In this document: in pieces, positions 48,234 through 59,220 of the stretch
Layout: each line of letters starts with the position of its first letter
How positions within the stretch are numbered: the stretch's first letter is position 1
Assembly (NCBI RefSeq): GCF_020745735.1
Contig: NC_083426.1
Location: 12,710,001 to 12,774,000 of the forward strand
Origin: Hemiscyllium ocellatum
Taxonomy: Eukaryota
DNA: 64,000 bases
Reading direction: 5' to 3'
Notes under the pieces: generated by a model
What the model was told of the DNA's origin: nothing
Database searches by the model: none
Seen by the model: the letters and a program-made list of their open reading frames with translations, nothing else
Position numbers and translations under genes: made by a program

Positions 48234-50902
48234 GGAGGAAGGGGAATGGCGGGGGGGTGCAATATTTCGATGAAGTCACACACGGTGGAGTTAGAGCCCA
48301 CAGCGGGCAGCACAAACTCAATTTCAAGGTTGTCCCAAAGCTCGACCAGTGGGGTAAGAAAATATCCCGACTGTTTCAATCATTCCCTGGGAATTTAGAA
48401 CAGCCTGAGACTGTGATAATGGTTTATATGAATAATTACCTTCATCATGTAATGGGTGGAGTGCAGCTGATTAAAATGTATCTGTGTTTATTTAGTCATT
48501 CTTTCCAGTTCAATTTCTGAAATATTATCTCTTCAGTTTCAGATGTTTTAATGGCAGCGAAACACGTTACTGGAATTTTGGGAAGAGCGATCACAATATC
48601 TTGTTACTATGAAAATTGGCGGTACCAATCAAATGTGAAATATTGGTGTCATGGAAGGAATCGTTCATGTAACATTATAGCAAAAACAGATTGGCCAAAT
48701 GGGAGAATATCAATCACTGAGAACAAAACACAAGGAATATTTCTTGTTGCAATGAAGAATCTTCAATGGGAAGATGCCGGATGGTACAGCTGTGGGATTC
48801 AGATTCCTGGTATTTACTCTGACCTCATGTTTAATGTAAATCTGCACATCTCTCAAGGTAAATATCTCAGTGATTTTTACATAACTCTTTGCTGATATGT
48901 CTGATCAATATTTTAACCAGGAAGAAGATTGGCCAGGTTTTGGAGTATATTTGATTTTTTGATCTCTCAATAATTGTTTCTTTCCCACAGAAGCCGTCTC
49001 TGTTCCTGGGCTTCGATTTTTATCCCTACCAAAAATCTCATGTTCTGGTGGTTCAGTGACAGTCTCCTGTGAATCTGCCCAGGGATCTCTCCCCATTCAC
49101 TACACATGGTCTGAGAAGATGCCATCTCAAGATTCAATGATTTCTGACACCAATAAACTGGATCTACATTGTCAATCCTTCACACAGCAACATCATCAAT
49201 ATTACTGCACAGCCTCAAATACTCAGGGAACAAAACCCAGTGAAATTGTTCATGTGTCAGTCAACAATGTAAGAGAGAAGAACTGCAGTTATAGGATACA
49301 GATCAACAGCATCGGTAAGTGTGATGCAAACACTGTTTGTTTATTATCTCACTCTGGGAAACTGTAATTAATAAAATGTACTCCATTTGTTTCATTGTCA
49401 GTTCTGAATAAAGCCAATGGTTAGCACTGTACTTGGAAAATGAGCAGGTATATAAAATCCTGCCCACAGCGTGGAGAAACATTGCAATAACTCCATTGCT
49501 GCATTACAGCCATTTGCTTCCTTCAACTAAGTATTTCACAAATTGGGGAGATGCTAAACAAATATTTTGAATATTTTACTGTGGAGAGACACATGGAGAT
49601 TAGGAAACTCAGGGAAAATTGATGTCTTGAAAATAGTCCAAATTACAGAAGGAGACGTGCTGATCATCTTAAAATACATAACAATGGATAAATCTCCAGG
49701 ACCTAATCAAGTGTCCCCAAGAGAGAAATGAATTCAGCAAAACCCATTTTTCGCAGAAGTCCTGAGGTCCCATTGGTGAGGAGAGCTCTCTTGGTTGTCT
49801 GTAAGTGAGACTCAGATGAAGCTGAATATTTTCTCATGTCTCAATAGGAAGGGAATATATTTGTGACAATTCCTCAACAATATCACCAACAACATCACCA
49901 AAAATATCACGAGGGGCAACAAGAACATCGTCAGGACCCAAGTCTGTCAGTAAAAGGTAGAACAATTTCATTGTCAATATTTCCATCAGCATTAATTCCA
50001 AGTGAGAATAAGGGACTGAGCATAAAGGCTTACAATACATTTCAATTTTATCAGAATGTAAACTTTATACAATGTTATTATGTTTGCTTCCTTACTGGTG
50101 AGCTGAAGGCAAGCTTTTCTGGGTGTTTTAATTTTAGTTTTAATTAACAAAAGAGTTCAATTTCCAAGTCATAACATTTCCAATGTTGCTATTTACATTT
50201 TTGGACATTCATAACAGGAAATGCCAATTCTCTGTCTGCCAAGTCCCAGGTTAAATGCTTCGTTATTCATCTAAGCTCACGGTGTTGTATATTTCAAAGA
50301 AGTGACAGATTTTGTTGAGCCAGGGTGTCTGGAGTATCACTGCCAGGGACATTACATTCTCTCACATCTTCTCCTCCATTCTCTCATGTTAAACATTATT
50401 CCCAAACTGAGAGGGTGGGAGGCTGTCTGGTTCCAGCTGGTTAAGCCTTGCCTGTTAGAAGGTGTAGGAGCAGTGTGGGATGAAGATATTCTGAGTTCCT
50501 CACTGACTGAAGAGACTTCTCACCCACTGGAATATTACACCAGACTGCAGTGCTCCTGTAAATATCCATCCACATCTAATAATCCTCATTGACAACAAGA
50601 TGCTGAGCATGACAGGACGTGGAACTGAAACTTGTTACATTTGGCCTTTATATATTGTTCAAGTCAATCAAAAATTAAACTGTAAATTAATTTCAGCTGT
50701 GCTGCTTTATTTTGCTACAATATACTGCAGTGTGAACAGGGGATAAATGTTTAAAACATCAAGCAGTCTTGTTTCCTTCAAATGATTTTGTATTTCTTCT
50801 GTTTTACACAGTTACGTTGCCTGGGATGTGATACGCTGGGTACTCTTCACTCTCCTGGTGATTTGTTCTGTTTCTGTCACAATGTTTACACAAAAACATT
50901 AG
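30249..50902 (+). CDS. Predicted C/D fusion receptor SP-V-C2-V-C2-stalk-TM, 506 aa; exons 30249-30285, 38901-39221, 39359-39676, 48537-48857, 48991-49314, 49848-49956, 50812-50902
   Basis: All exons open with GT-AG boundaries; 1521 nt joined. No TM exon lies between 39676 and 48537, and no signal exon precedes 48537. Junction at about 46768. Confidence 0.7.
34190..36320 (-). mobile_element. Penelope-like element (RT plus GIY-YIG), 5'-truncated, nested in CR1
   Basis: RT: DIQSLYTSI...AMGTRMGASYACLF...RYIDD; GIY-YIG: FTCTSTHIIYCIRC..CGLLYIGET..L.ERF.EH; 3' end carries a hammerhead core. Confidence 0.92.
34247..34282 (-). ncRNA. Minimal type I hammerhead ribozyme motif, one core-adjacent mutation
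   Basis: ATTC-CTGAAGA-A-GGGC-TTGT-GCCC-GAAAC-ATC-GAAT; helix I 4 bp, helix II 4 bp; the GTC site is changed to ATC. Confidence 0.7.
38901..39221 (+). CDS. Unit C V-domain exon (alternative acceptor at 38907)
   Basis: VSGALWAEKDVTGILGRAITISCHYEARWYQSHIKYWCHRW...DAGRYSCG; G|GTAAAT donor. Confidence 0.9.
39359..39676 (+). CDS. Unit C C2 exon (Cys to Trp at 39409; in-frame 6-nt deletion)
   Basis: 318 nt, open, intact splice sites. Confidence 0.85.
40358..44930 (-). mobile_element. CR1 LINE retaining 5'UTR and ORF1, with internal deletions
   Basis: (CATAGAGT)n tail at about 40359-40382; RT 40971-41597; ORF1 esterase remnants 43385-44218; absent from units A and B at this site. Confidence 0.9.
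48043..48074. repeat. (CA)16 microsatellite
   Basis: Direct reading; only 3-4 units at the paralogous sites near 11597 and 31895. Confidence 0.95.
48203..48232 (+). repeat. Poly-G (30 G) followed by a G-rich tract
   Basis: Direct reading; paralogs have only G4-G5. Confidence 0.9.
48537..48857 (+). CDS. Unit D V-domain exon (alternative acceptor at 48543)
   Basis: VSDVLMAAKHVTGILGRAITISCYYENWRYQSNVKYWCHGRNRSC...DAGWYSCG; G|GTAAAT donor. Confidence 0.9.
48991..49314 (+). CDS. Unit D C2 exon
   Basis: 324 nt open; 9 nt differences from the unit B exon by hand count. Confidence 0.9.
49848..49956 (+). CDS. Unit D stalk exon (GREYICDNSSTISPTTSPKISRGATRTSSGPKSVSK)
   Basis: 109 nt, phase 1 to 2; 8 codons longer than the unit B stalk. 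Confidence 0.8.
50812..50902 (+). CDS. Unit D TM exon: (S)YVAWDVIRWVLFTLLVICSVSVTMFTQKH*
   Basis: As in units A and B. Confidence 0.85.
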
Positions 50903-53594
50903 GTGAGCATCATGGCCTTTACAAGAATGATTTTGAGCACTCTAAGTTCCCCATCAATGAGGTGGCTCTGGGTGGAGGGGTTTCAAAGCAGGAGACACAG
51001 TTTGAGAAGAATGGGTTGATCATTTGGGACTGAGATGAGCAGGAATTTCTTCACTCAGAGGGTGATGGTTTGTTGGAATTCTCTGCCCCAGAGAGCTCTG
51101 GAGGCTCCAGCCTTGAGTATATTCAAAACAGAGATTAATAATGTTCTGGGTAATAAAGATATGGAGGGACATGACAGAAGTGCAAGTAAAATGGTATTCA
51201 GTTGGAAGATCTGCCCTGATCCAGGTGAATGCTGAGGGACCCTCGAGAGGCTGAATGGCCTACTCTGGTCCTGCCTCATCTCTCTCCATGGTGGCCTCAT
51301 GCTGTCATTGTGCCAGCCTCCACCATTTCGTCTGGCAAATCGTTTCATACACATGCCCATCCTCTGCACGAAAAATTTACTCCTCAGGTCCTTTTGAAAT
51401 CTTTTCCCTCTCACCTTCAACCTATGCCCTCTAGTTCTGGATACCCCCATTGAGGAAAAAGACCTCCCTGTCCATGCCCTTGTTTAAATCTCATTGAATA
51501 ATATAACCATGTGTCCTAATTTGGAATGAAGACAATGTAAATGCTGTTGGGTAGAGAGACAAGTGAGTTAGTGTGTAATAGTTCCATTGGATGGAACTTC
51601 AATATCTGTTAAAATAATAAAATACATTTGTTGCTATTCAAACAAATTGATTTATTCAGCATTTATTGGTATGTACAGATCCCACGCATACATTAATAAA
51701 TATGTAAACAAAGAAACCAGAGTCTGATCTAAAGAGGAAATACAGCATCAAATCCCCTTTTCTGGGGCGGTCAGAGAACAAAGGAGATGCCAGAGAGCAA
51801 AAGGAAATGGTATATTCCCAGGTCACTGTCATATTGTTCCTCACATAGAGTCATAGAGTCACAGAGATCTACAGCATGGAAACAGACGCTTCGGTCTAAC
51901 TTAGACAAGCCAACCAGATATCCAAACCCAATCTAGTCCCACCTGCCAGAACCTGGCCCATATCCCTTCAAACCCTTCCTATTCATATAACCATCCAGAT
52001 CCCTTTTAAATGTTGTAATTGTACTCGCCTCCACCACTTCCTCTGGCAGCACATGCCAAACGTGCATCACCCTCTGCATGAAAAAGTTGCCTCTTAGTCC
52101 TCTTTTATATCATTCCCCTCTCACCCTAAACCTATACCCTCTAGTTCTGGACTCCCCCACCCAGGACAGTGTCTATTTATCCTATCCATGCCCCTCATCA
52201 TTTTATAAACCTCTATGAGTTCACCCCTCAGTCTCCGACGCTCCAGGGAAAACAGCCCTAGCCTATTCAATCTCTCCCCATAGCTCAAATCCTCCAACCC
52301 AGACAACATCCTTGTAAATCTTTTCTGAATCCTATCCAGTTTCACAACATCTTTCCGATAGGAAGGAGACCAGAATTACATACAATATTCCAATAGTGGG
52401 ATAACCAATGTCCAGGACAGGTATAACATCACCTCCCAACTCCTGTACTCAATGCCCTGACCAATAAAGGAAGCATGCCAAACACCTTCTTCACTATCTT
52501 ATCTACCTGCGACTCCACTTTCAAGGAGCTATGAACCTGCACTCCAAGGTCTCTTTGTTCAGCAACCCTTCCTAGGCCCTTACCATAAAGCGTATAAGTC
52601 CTGCTAAGATTTGCTTTCCCAAAAAGGGGCACCTCACGTTTATTTAGATTAAACTCCATCTGCCACTTCTCAGCCCATTGGCCCATCTGATCAAGATCCT
52701 GGTCTCATCTGAGGTAAGCCTCTTCGCTGTCCACTACACCTCCAATTTTGGTGTCATCAGCAAACTTACTAACTATACCTATTAGGCTCACATCCAAATC
52801 ATTGAGATGAAAAGGATTTGATCCAGCTCCAATCCTTGTGGCACTCTACTGGTCATAGATCTCCAGTCTGAAAAACAACACTCGACCACCATCCTCTGTC
52901 TTTGACCTTTAACCTATTTCTGCATTCAAATGGCTAGTTCTCCCTGTATTCCATGAGATCTAACCTTGCTAATCAGTATCCCATGGGGGACCTTGTCGAA
53001 TGCCTTACTGAAGTCCATATAGATCACATTTACCTCTCTGCCCTCAGCAAACTTCTTTGTTACTTCCACAAAAATCTCAATCAAGTTTGTGAGATATGAT
53101 TTCATACGCACAAAGCCATGTTGATGATCCCTGATCAGTCCTTGCCTTTCCAAATACATGTACATCCTGTCCCTCAGGGTTCCCTCCAACAACTTACCCA
53201 CCACCGACATCAGGCTTCCTGGTCAATAGTTCCCTGGCTTGTCCTTACCATCTTTCTTAAATTGTGGCACCACGTTAGCCAACCTCCAGATAAAAATATC
53301 TCAGTAAAAGGCCCAGCAATCACTTACCTGGCTTCCCACAGAGTTCTAAGGAATAAATGATCAGGTCCTGGGGATTTATTCACTTTTAGGCATTGACTTC
53401 CAGCACTTCCTTTTCTGTAATATGAACATTTTTCAAGATGTCACCATTTGTTTCCCTACATTGTACAGCTTCCATATCCTTTTGGACAGTAATTACAAAT
53501 GCAAAATATTATTTAGAATTCAAAGTTTGTGAAAAGATTTGTAGCTCGTGTGCTTGTTGTTGTGTTTCTGTTCGCCAAGCTGGGAATTTGTGTT

Positions 53595-53634
53595 GCAGAC
53601 GTTTCATCCCCTGTCTAGGTGACATCCTCAGTGC
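53595..53634 (-). ncRNA. Minimal type I hammerhead ribozyme motif, core intact
   Basis: GCA-CTGAGGA-T-GTCACCT-AGAC-AGGGGAT-GAAAC-GTC-TGC. Confidence 0.65.
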
Positions 53635-53879
53635 TTGGGAACCTCCTGTGAAGTGCTTCTGTGATCTTTCCTCCGCCATTTGTCGTGGTTTGAATCTGTC
53701 GCTTCTGGTTGTCAGTTCCAGCTGTCCGTTGCAGTGGTCGGTATATAGGCACATCAACCTGGACCCCATATTCCGACCACTGTAACGGACAGCTGGAACT
53801 GACAACCAGAAGCGGCAGATTCAAACCACGACAAATGGCAGAGGAAAGATCACAGAAACACTTCACAGGAGGCTCCCAA

Positions 53880-53919
53880 GCACTGAGGATGTCACCTAGA
53901 CAGGGGACAAAACGTCTGC
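53880..53919 (+). ncRNA. Hammerhead motif in the opposite arm, G12 to A
   Basis: GCA-CTGAGGA-T-GTCACCT-AGAC-AGGGGAC-AAAAC-GTC-TGC. Confidence 0.55.
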
Positions 53920-53994
53920 AACACAAATTCCCAGCTCGGAGACCAGAACCACAACATCATTTAGAATCTCCCCCATCTCTTGCAGCTCCACACA

Positions 53995-54289
53995 GTGGAC
54001 CGGTGGCACAGTAGTTAGCACTGCTGCCTCACAGTGCTAGAGACCCAGGTTCAATTCCCACCTCAGGCAACTGACTGTGTGGAGTTTGCACATTCTCCCC
54101 GTGTCTACGTGGGTTTCTTCTGGGTGTTCCGATTTATTCCCACAGTCCAAAATGCGCAGGTCAGGTGAATTGGCCATGCTAAATTATCCGTAGTGTTAGG
54201 TGTAGGGGAATGGGTCTGGGTGGGTTGCGCGTCGGTGTGGACATGTTGGACCGAAAGGCCTGTTTCCACATTGTCAGTAATCTAATCTA
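53995..54289 (+). mobile_element. HE1-like SINE nested in CR1
   Basis: A and B boxes, TAATC tail. Confidence 0.9.
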
Positions 54290-54330
54290 AACAAAGGGAG
54301 CCTTGCTGATCTTTGAGGGTCCCCATTCTA

Positions 54331-54504
54331 GGGTGTAGATTTGCTCACTGAGCTGTAAGTTTGATATCCAGACATTTCATTACCTGGCGAGGTAACATCA
54401 TCCAAGTGAAGCGAAGCTGTTGTCTCCTGCTTTCTATTTATATCTTTCTCCGAGATGGGGTTCCTGGGGTTTGTGGTGATGTCATTTCCTGTTCGTTTTC
54501 TGTG
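54331..54504 (-). mobile_element. Short Penelope-type fragment with a 14-bp TSD
   Basis: GGGTCCC(C/T)ATTCTA at 54317-54330 and 54505-54518; degenerate hammerhead-like TGGATGA-TGTTACCT-CGCC-AGGTAAT-GAAAT-GTC on the - strand. Confidence 0.6.
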
Positions 54505-54532
54505 GGGTCCCTATTCTATCCTGATTTACACT

Positions 54533-55154
54533 TGTGGGATATAGGTAAAGTAGTGTTACTTCTGCAATTAGAATTACTTATACAAAGTAAATGAACTCAC
54601 ACCAGTATGCACTTGTTTCAGCCAAGAGCTGAGTCAACAAGAATGGAAACTATGTGGAGGAAATGCATAATTGTTTTTTTTGTATAAGCTAAAATTGTAT
54701 GCAGGAAAGAAACGGGACTGCAAAACAATGGTAGATATTACAGGCGATTAGATAAGATGCTGAGAGGGGAGGCACAGATGGAGGGAGTAGATAATGGTAA
54801 GGAAAGGATATGCCTAACAATGACCCACAGCAGGATGAGGTCAAATGGCCTTGTGAGGCCAGAAATAAGCATTTTGTCACAGACAAGGCCGGATAAGGCA
54901 AGAGATAAACAGGAGTAATGGGTACCGGTCTTAGGGAAGTGGAGGATGTAAACAGGGGAGGAGCAATGAAATAAAAAAAAAGAAACCAAATTATATAAAT
55001 ATCGAGTATTCGTTGAATTCGGAGTGTGAGTCCCTTGTCTTGTAGACAGACAGTGGACATCACACCCTCTTGCAAGAGTAAAATAAAGGACACTCCTGAT
55101 TCAGGTTTTGTCTCGGACTGAAATTATTGAAGTGTGTGAGCTTAGTTTCTCACA
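54533..55154 (+). repeat. 5' LTR (622 bp)
   Basis: TGTGGGA...TCTCACA; TATA-like TTATATAAA at about 54991; AATAAA at 55082. Confidence 0.95.
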
Positions 55155-55156
55155 AT

Positions 55157-55174
55157 TGGGGGCTCGTTCGGGAT
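55157..55174 (+). promoter_or_regulatory. Primer binding site, tRNA-Pro
   Basis: TGGGGGCTCGTTCGGGAT; one mismatch to the MLV-type tRNA-Pro PBS TGGGGGCTCGTCCGGGAT. Confidence 0.92.
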
Positions 55175-55471
55175 GTTCTTCCATCAATCGGGGGGGAGTG
55201 GCTGGCCTTGGACACTGGGAAGACACGTCCCGTTCCCAATTGAGGAGCGGTCTCCTGTCCCGGTTTGGTCCGCTCCCTTGGGTGACTGGTACAAACCCCA
55301 CAAGAGAGACATCTGAATCAGACAGTGAAAGGAGGTCGATGGAAAATACGGCGAAAAGGGGTCAGGCAACTCTGTGCACAGGCCAAGGTAAGAAAATTGA
55401 CTTTTAATTACTGCCTTGGTGGCTGGGATTGGGTTTTAGTAGTTAATAAGGGACTAACGAAGGAACCCAAT

Positions 55472-57260
55472 ATGGGTTGTGCTGTGGGTAAGGAAAAAGC
55501 CTCCGGGAAAACAAAAGAAGAAAAAGGTAATGGAAATGGAGGCGGGGTCCCTTACAACATACCTCCGGAAAGTCCGTTGGGCAGGATGTTGTGGAATTGG
55601 AAAAATAATACTTGTACAAGGGAAAAAGATGATTAACTATTGTTGCTTTGTATGGACTAAGGAATCCATTCCTCATCCCACAGTCTTCTGGCCAAAGTAC
55701 AGACCGGACGAAGACTGGGTCTGTAAATATCTGAATTTATATGTCAATGAGTGAGAGAGAGAGAATGAAAAGAGCTGTCCAGCTGGTAGAAAGTTTAACC
55801 CTTTGTGATTTGGTTTGAATGCTTGCGCTTTATTCCCTGGAGCTTGAGTTCCAGGACTGTTTTGAATCTGATTTTTATTATGGAAACTTAACATGATTTC
55901 TCTTAAGGTTAAGGATTCTATAGAGTTTAAAATCTGTTTGAAGATTCTATAGAGATTAAGAAAAAAATATGATGATAGCTCCTGTTCTTTTTCCAGGTCA
56001 TGACTGCCTTACTATCAGTTTCTAACTCATCTCTTTTATCCTTACATAAAAGCGATTTATGGAGGACAGTTGAAGTTTCAGTTCAACATTAGATTGTAGT
56101 CAAAACAAAATCCTATGGTTAATATCTGTGACCTTGGATTCGGCCATTGTTCATGCATGAGAAGGTTTTTTTTAACTTGAATAGACAAATTCTTTTAAGG
56201 CAGCTCTGATAATTTCACGACCAATAGTATTGTAATTGAGCAATGATTGGTCAGGAATACTTAAGAAAACTAATTATGGATTTAAATTAAGGGACTAAAA
56301 TTGGATAATTATAGTGGATTTCAAAGTTAGGAGCTGTATGCATTTTACATTTTAAATATTAAATACAGAATAAATGAATGTAAATATGTCAATATATTTA
56401 CAAGTTAGGAACAGGCTTTAAAGTTAGTCAAGCATGAATTGATGAATTGGTATTTGAAGTTATGGGGAGCTAGAAATATTGCAATATTTGTTAAAAAAAA
56501 AGGGAAGAACGTAATGACTTATCCCCTTCGGGAGCTACCAATAGGGGACAAAGAGATTGGGTTTGTAAGTGCCCCCCTCACCAGTGGGGAGGTCAGAACA
56601 TTTAAAAAGGAAATGAAGGTCCTGGTTGAGGATCCGGTAGGGTTGTCTGAACAAATTGATCAATTTTTGGGGCCCAGTCTGTATACATGGGCTGAGTTAA
56701 TGTCTATTTTGAATATATTATTCACTGGGGAAGAAAGGAGACTTATACGAGGAGCAGCCATTAAAATATGGGACAGGGAACACCAGATTGGAGATGGGGA
56801 TGCTGGACAGGGTGAGATGAAGTTTCCCCTCAGAGAGGCCAGTGGGAAAATAAAATGCCGGAGCATAGAGAAGAAATGAGGGAATTGAAAGACCTGATTC
56901 TAAAAGGAATAAGAGAGGCAGTTCCGAAGTCGCAGAATCTGACTAAAGCCTTTGAAGTTAGACAGGAGAAAGATGAGACTCCCTCAGCTTTCTTGCAAAG
57001 ATTAAGAGACTCAATGCGGAAATATTCTGGAATGAACCCTGAGGACCCAGTGGCACAGGGTCTTTTGAAAGTACATTTTGTGACAAAGGCATGGCCAGAC
57101 ATACAGAGAAAGATACAGAAGATAGAAGGGTGGAGTGAAAAACCATGAGATGAATTGTTAAGAGAGGCACAGAAAGTGTTTGGAAAGAGAGAGGATGAGA
57201 GACAAAAACAGAAGGTGAAAATGATGGTAGCTACAGTTGATGAGGTAGTTTAGAAAAGAA
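55472..57260 (+). pseudogene. gag: ERV gag (matrix and capsid), frameshifted; nucleocapsid missing
   Basis: MGCAVG myristoylation start; IPPESPLGRML.NW matrix motif; capsid with MHR RQEKDETPSAFLQRL. Confidence 0.85.
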
Positions 57261-57309
57261 TGGAACCAATATTGAGCAAACTGAGCGGCGGGTGGCAGCA
57301 TGTAGGGCA

Positions 57310-59200
57310 GAGGATGTGGGGAGAGAGATAGACCCTATTGTATGGGTTAGAGAAGGGAATTGTGGAGGACTACAGGCCCCTCCCCTTTAATTAAGTTTAA
57401 AAAGGAAAGGGGACATTGTCTGTGAGCAATAATATCCCATTTCTATAGAAGGTAAACGAGGACTGCAGCCAGTAATTGATGGACTGATTAGAGATGGATT
57501 GTTGGAGCCATGTATGTCTCCTTATAATACCCCAATTCTACCTGTGCGGAAATCTGATGGAACTTATCGATTGGTGCAGGATTTGAGAACATTAAATCGA
57601 ATAGTACAGATCAGACAGCCAGTGGTGCCAAACCCCTATACGTTATTGAGTAAGATCCCTCATGACCACAAATGGTTGAGTGTGATAGATTTAAAGGATG
57701 CCTTTTGGGCTTGTCCCTTGGCAGAGGAAACTTGGAATTTGTTCGCCTTTGAATGGGAAGACCCCAAGACAGGACGGAAACAGCAATACAGTGGACTGTG
57801 CTCCCCCAGGGGATTACGGAATCCCCGAATTTATTTGGACCAACGAAAGAACAAATATTGGAGAAATTGAGCAGCCCCAAGGGGACTACCCTGTTGCAGT
57901 GTGTAGTAACAGGAAAAAGAAGAGAAAGAGTAGTAGAAGCCACGAACAAATGATTGAATTTCCTGGGTCAGCAGGGCCTGCGAGTATCTAAAAATAAATG
58001 ACAATATGTGGAGCGAGAAGTGAAATAGTTGGGACATTTAGTTAGTGAGGGAAAGCGAAAGATAAGCCCGGAACGGATACAGGGAATAGTGGGGATGCCG
58101 CTGCCCAGGACTAGATGGGAGTTAGGTAAATTTTTGGGTATAAAGGGATATTGCAGATTGTGGATTGATTCCTATGATCAAAAGACTAAGAAATTATATC
58201 TCAAACTATTGTAGGAGGAACCAAAATGTCTAAGTTGGGATGATGAGGAAAAAGAACTAGTTGAGGAACTCAAAAGAGATCTGATCCATGCCCCCGTGTT
58301 AGCCTTACCTTCCCTAGATAAATCTTTCCATCTTTTTGCTACTGTAGATAAGGGAGCGGCTTTGGGAGTATTAACCCAGAGGTGGGGAGGAATGAAACAG
58401 CCAGTAGCATATCTTTCGAAGTTATTGGATCCAGTATCCCAGGGATGGCCTGAGTGTGTGCAGGCTGTGACTGCCACTGTGAGTGGGGTGTCTAAAACAA
58501 TATTGGAGCATATAATTCCCCGATATGGGCTAATAAACCGTATAGATTCCGAACAAGGAACTCATTTTACCTCTAAGGTGTTCCAGGGGCTAATGAAAGG
58601 CTTGGGAATTTCCTGGGAGTTCCATACTCCATGGAACCCGCCATCATCAGGAAGGGTTGAGAGAATGAACCAAATGCTCAAACGACAGCTCTCTAAATTG
58701 ATAATAGAAACAAGACTCCCTTAGACCAAATGTTTACCTATACCTCTCTTGCGAGTACAAACAGCCCCAAGGAAAGATTTGGGATGATCCCCCTATGAAA
58801 TCTTATTTGGATTACCTTATCTGGGAACGAATGGGGGAGTTGCCAATTCCCGAAACTAAAGATTTGTTCTTAAAGAAGTATATACTGGGCTAGTCCTCTC
58901 TGTCTTTCCTCAGGAAACAGGGTTTATTGGCACCGACTCCACCCCTTGAATTCACCGTTCATCCCATCCAGCCGGGAGATTGGGTCTTAGTAAAATCATG
59001 GACAGAGACTAAATTGCAGCCGGACTGGGAAGGGCCGTACCAGGCTCTTTTGACGACCAAAACGGCAATAAGGACGGCGGAGAAAGGCTGGACTCACTAC
59101 ACTCGGATCAAAGGGCCAGTGGAGTCTCCAGTTGAGGAAGACGTCTGGACAGTTGAATCAATGCAAGACCCGATGAAACTCAGACTAAAGAGACTTTGAG
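57310..59200 (+). pseudogene. pol: ERV pol with protease, RNase H, YVDD and integrase N-terminus deleted
   Basis: SPYNTPILPVRKSDGTYRLVQDLR, IDLKDAF, LPQG; LLQCV-VTG lacks DD; IN SEQGTHF, HTPWNPPSSGRVERMN, WEGPY. Confidence 0.9.
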
Positions 59201-59220
59201 TAACTGATTATACAGTGGTG

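Larger units (their letters stand above)
53520..53958. mobile_element. Penelope-derived palindromic mini-element with two hammerheads and a 9-bp TSD
   Basis: About 190-bp inverted arms (53555-53746 and 53768-53958), 21-nt spacer, ATTTAGAAT at 53511-53519 and 53959-53967. Confidence 0.8.
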
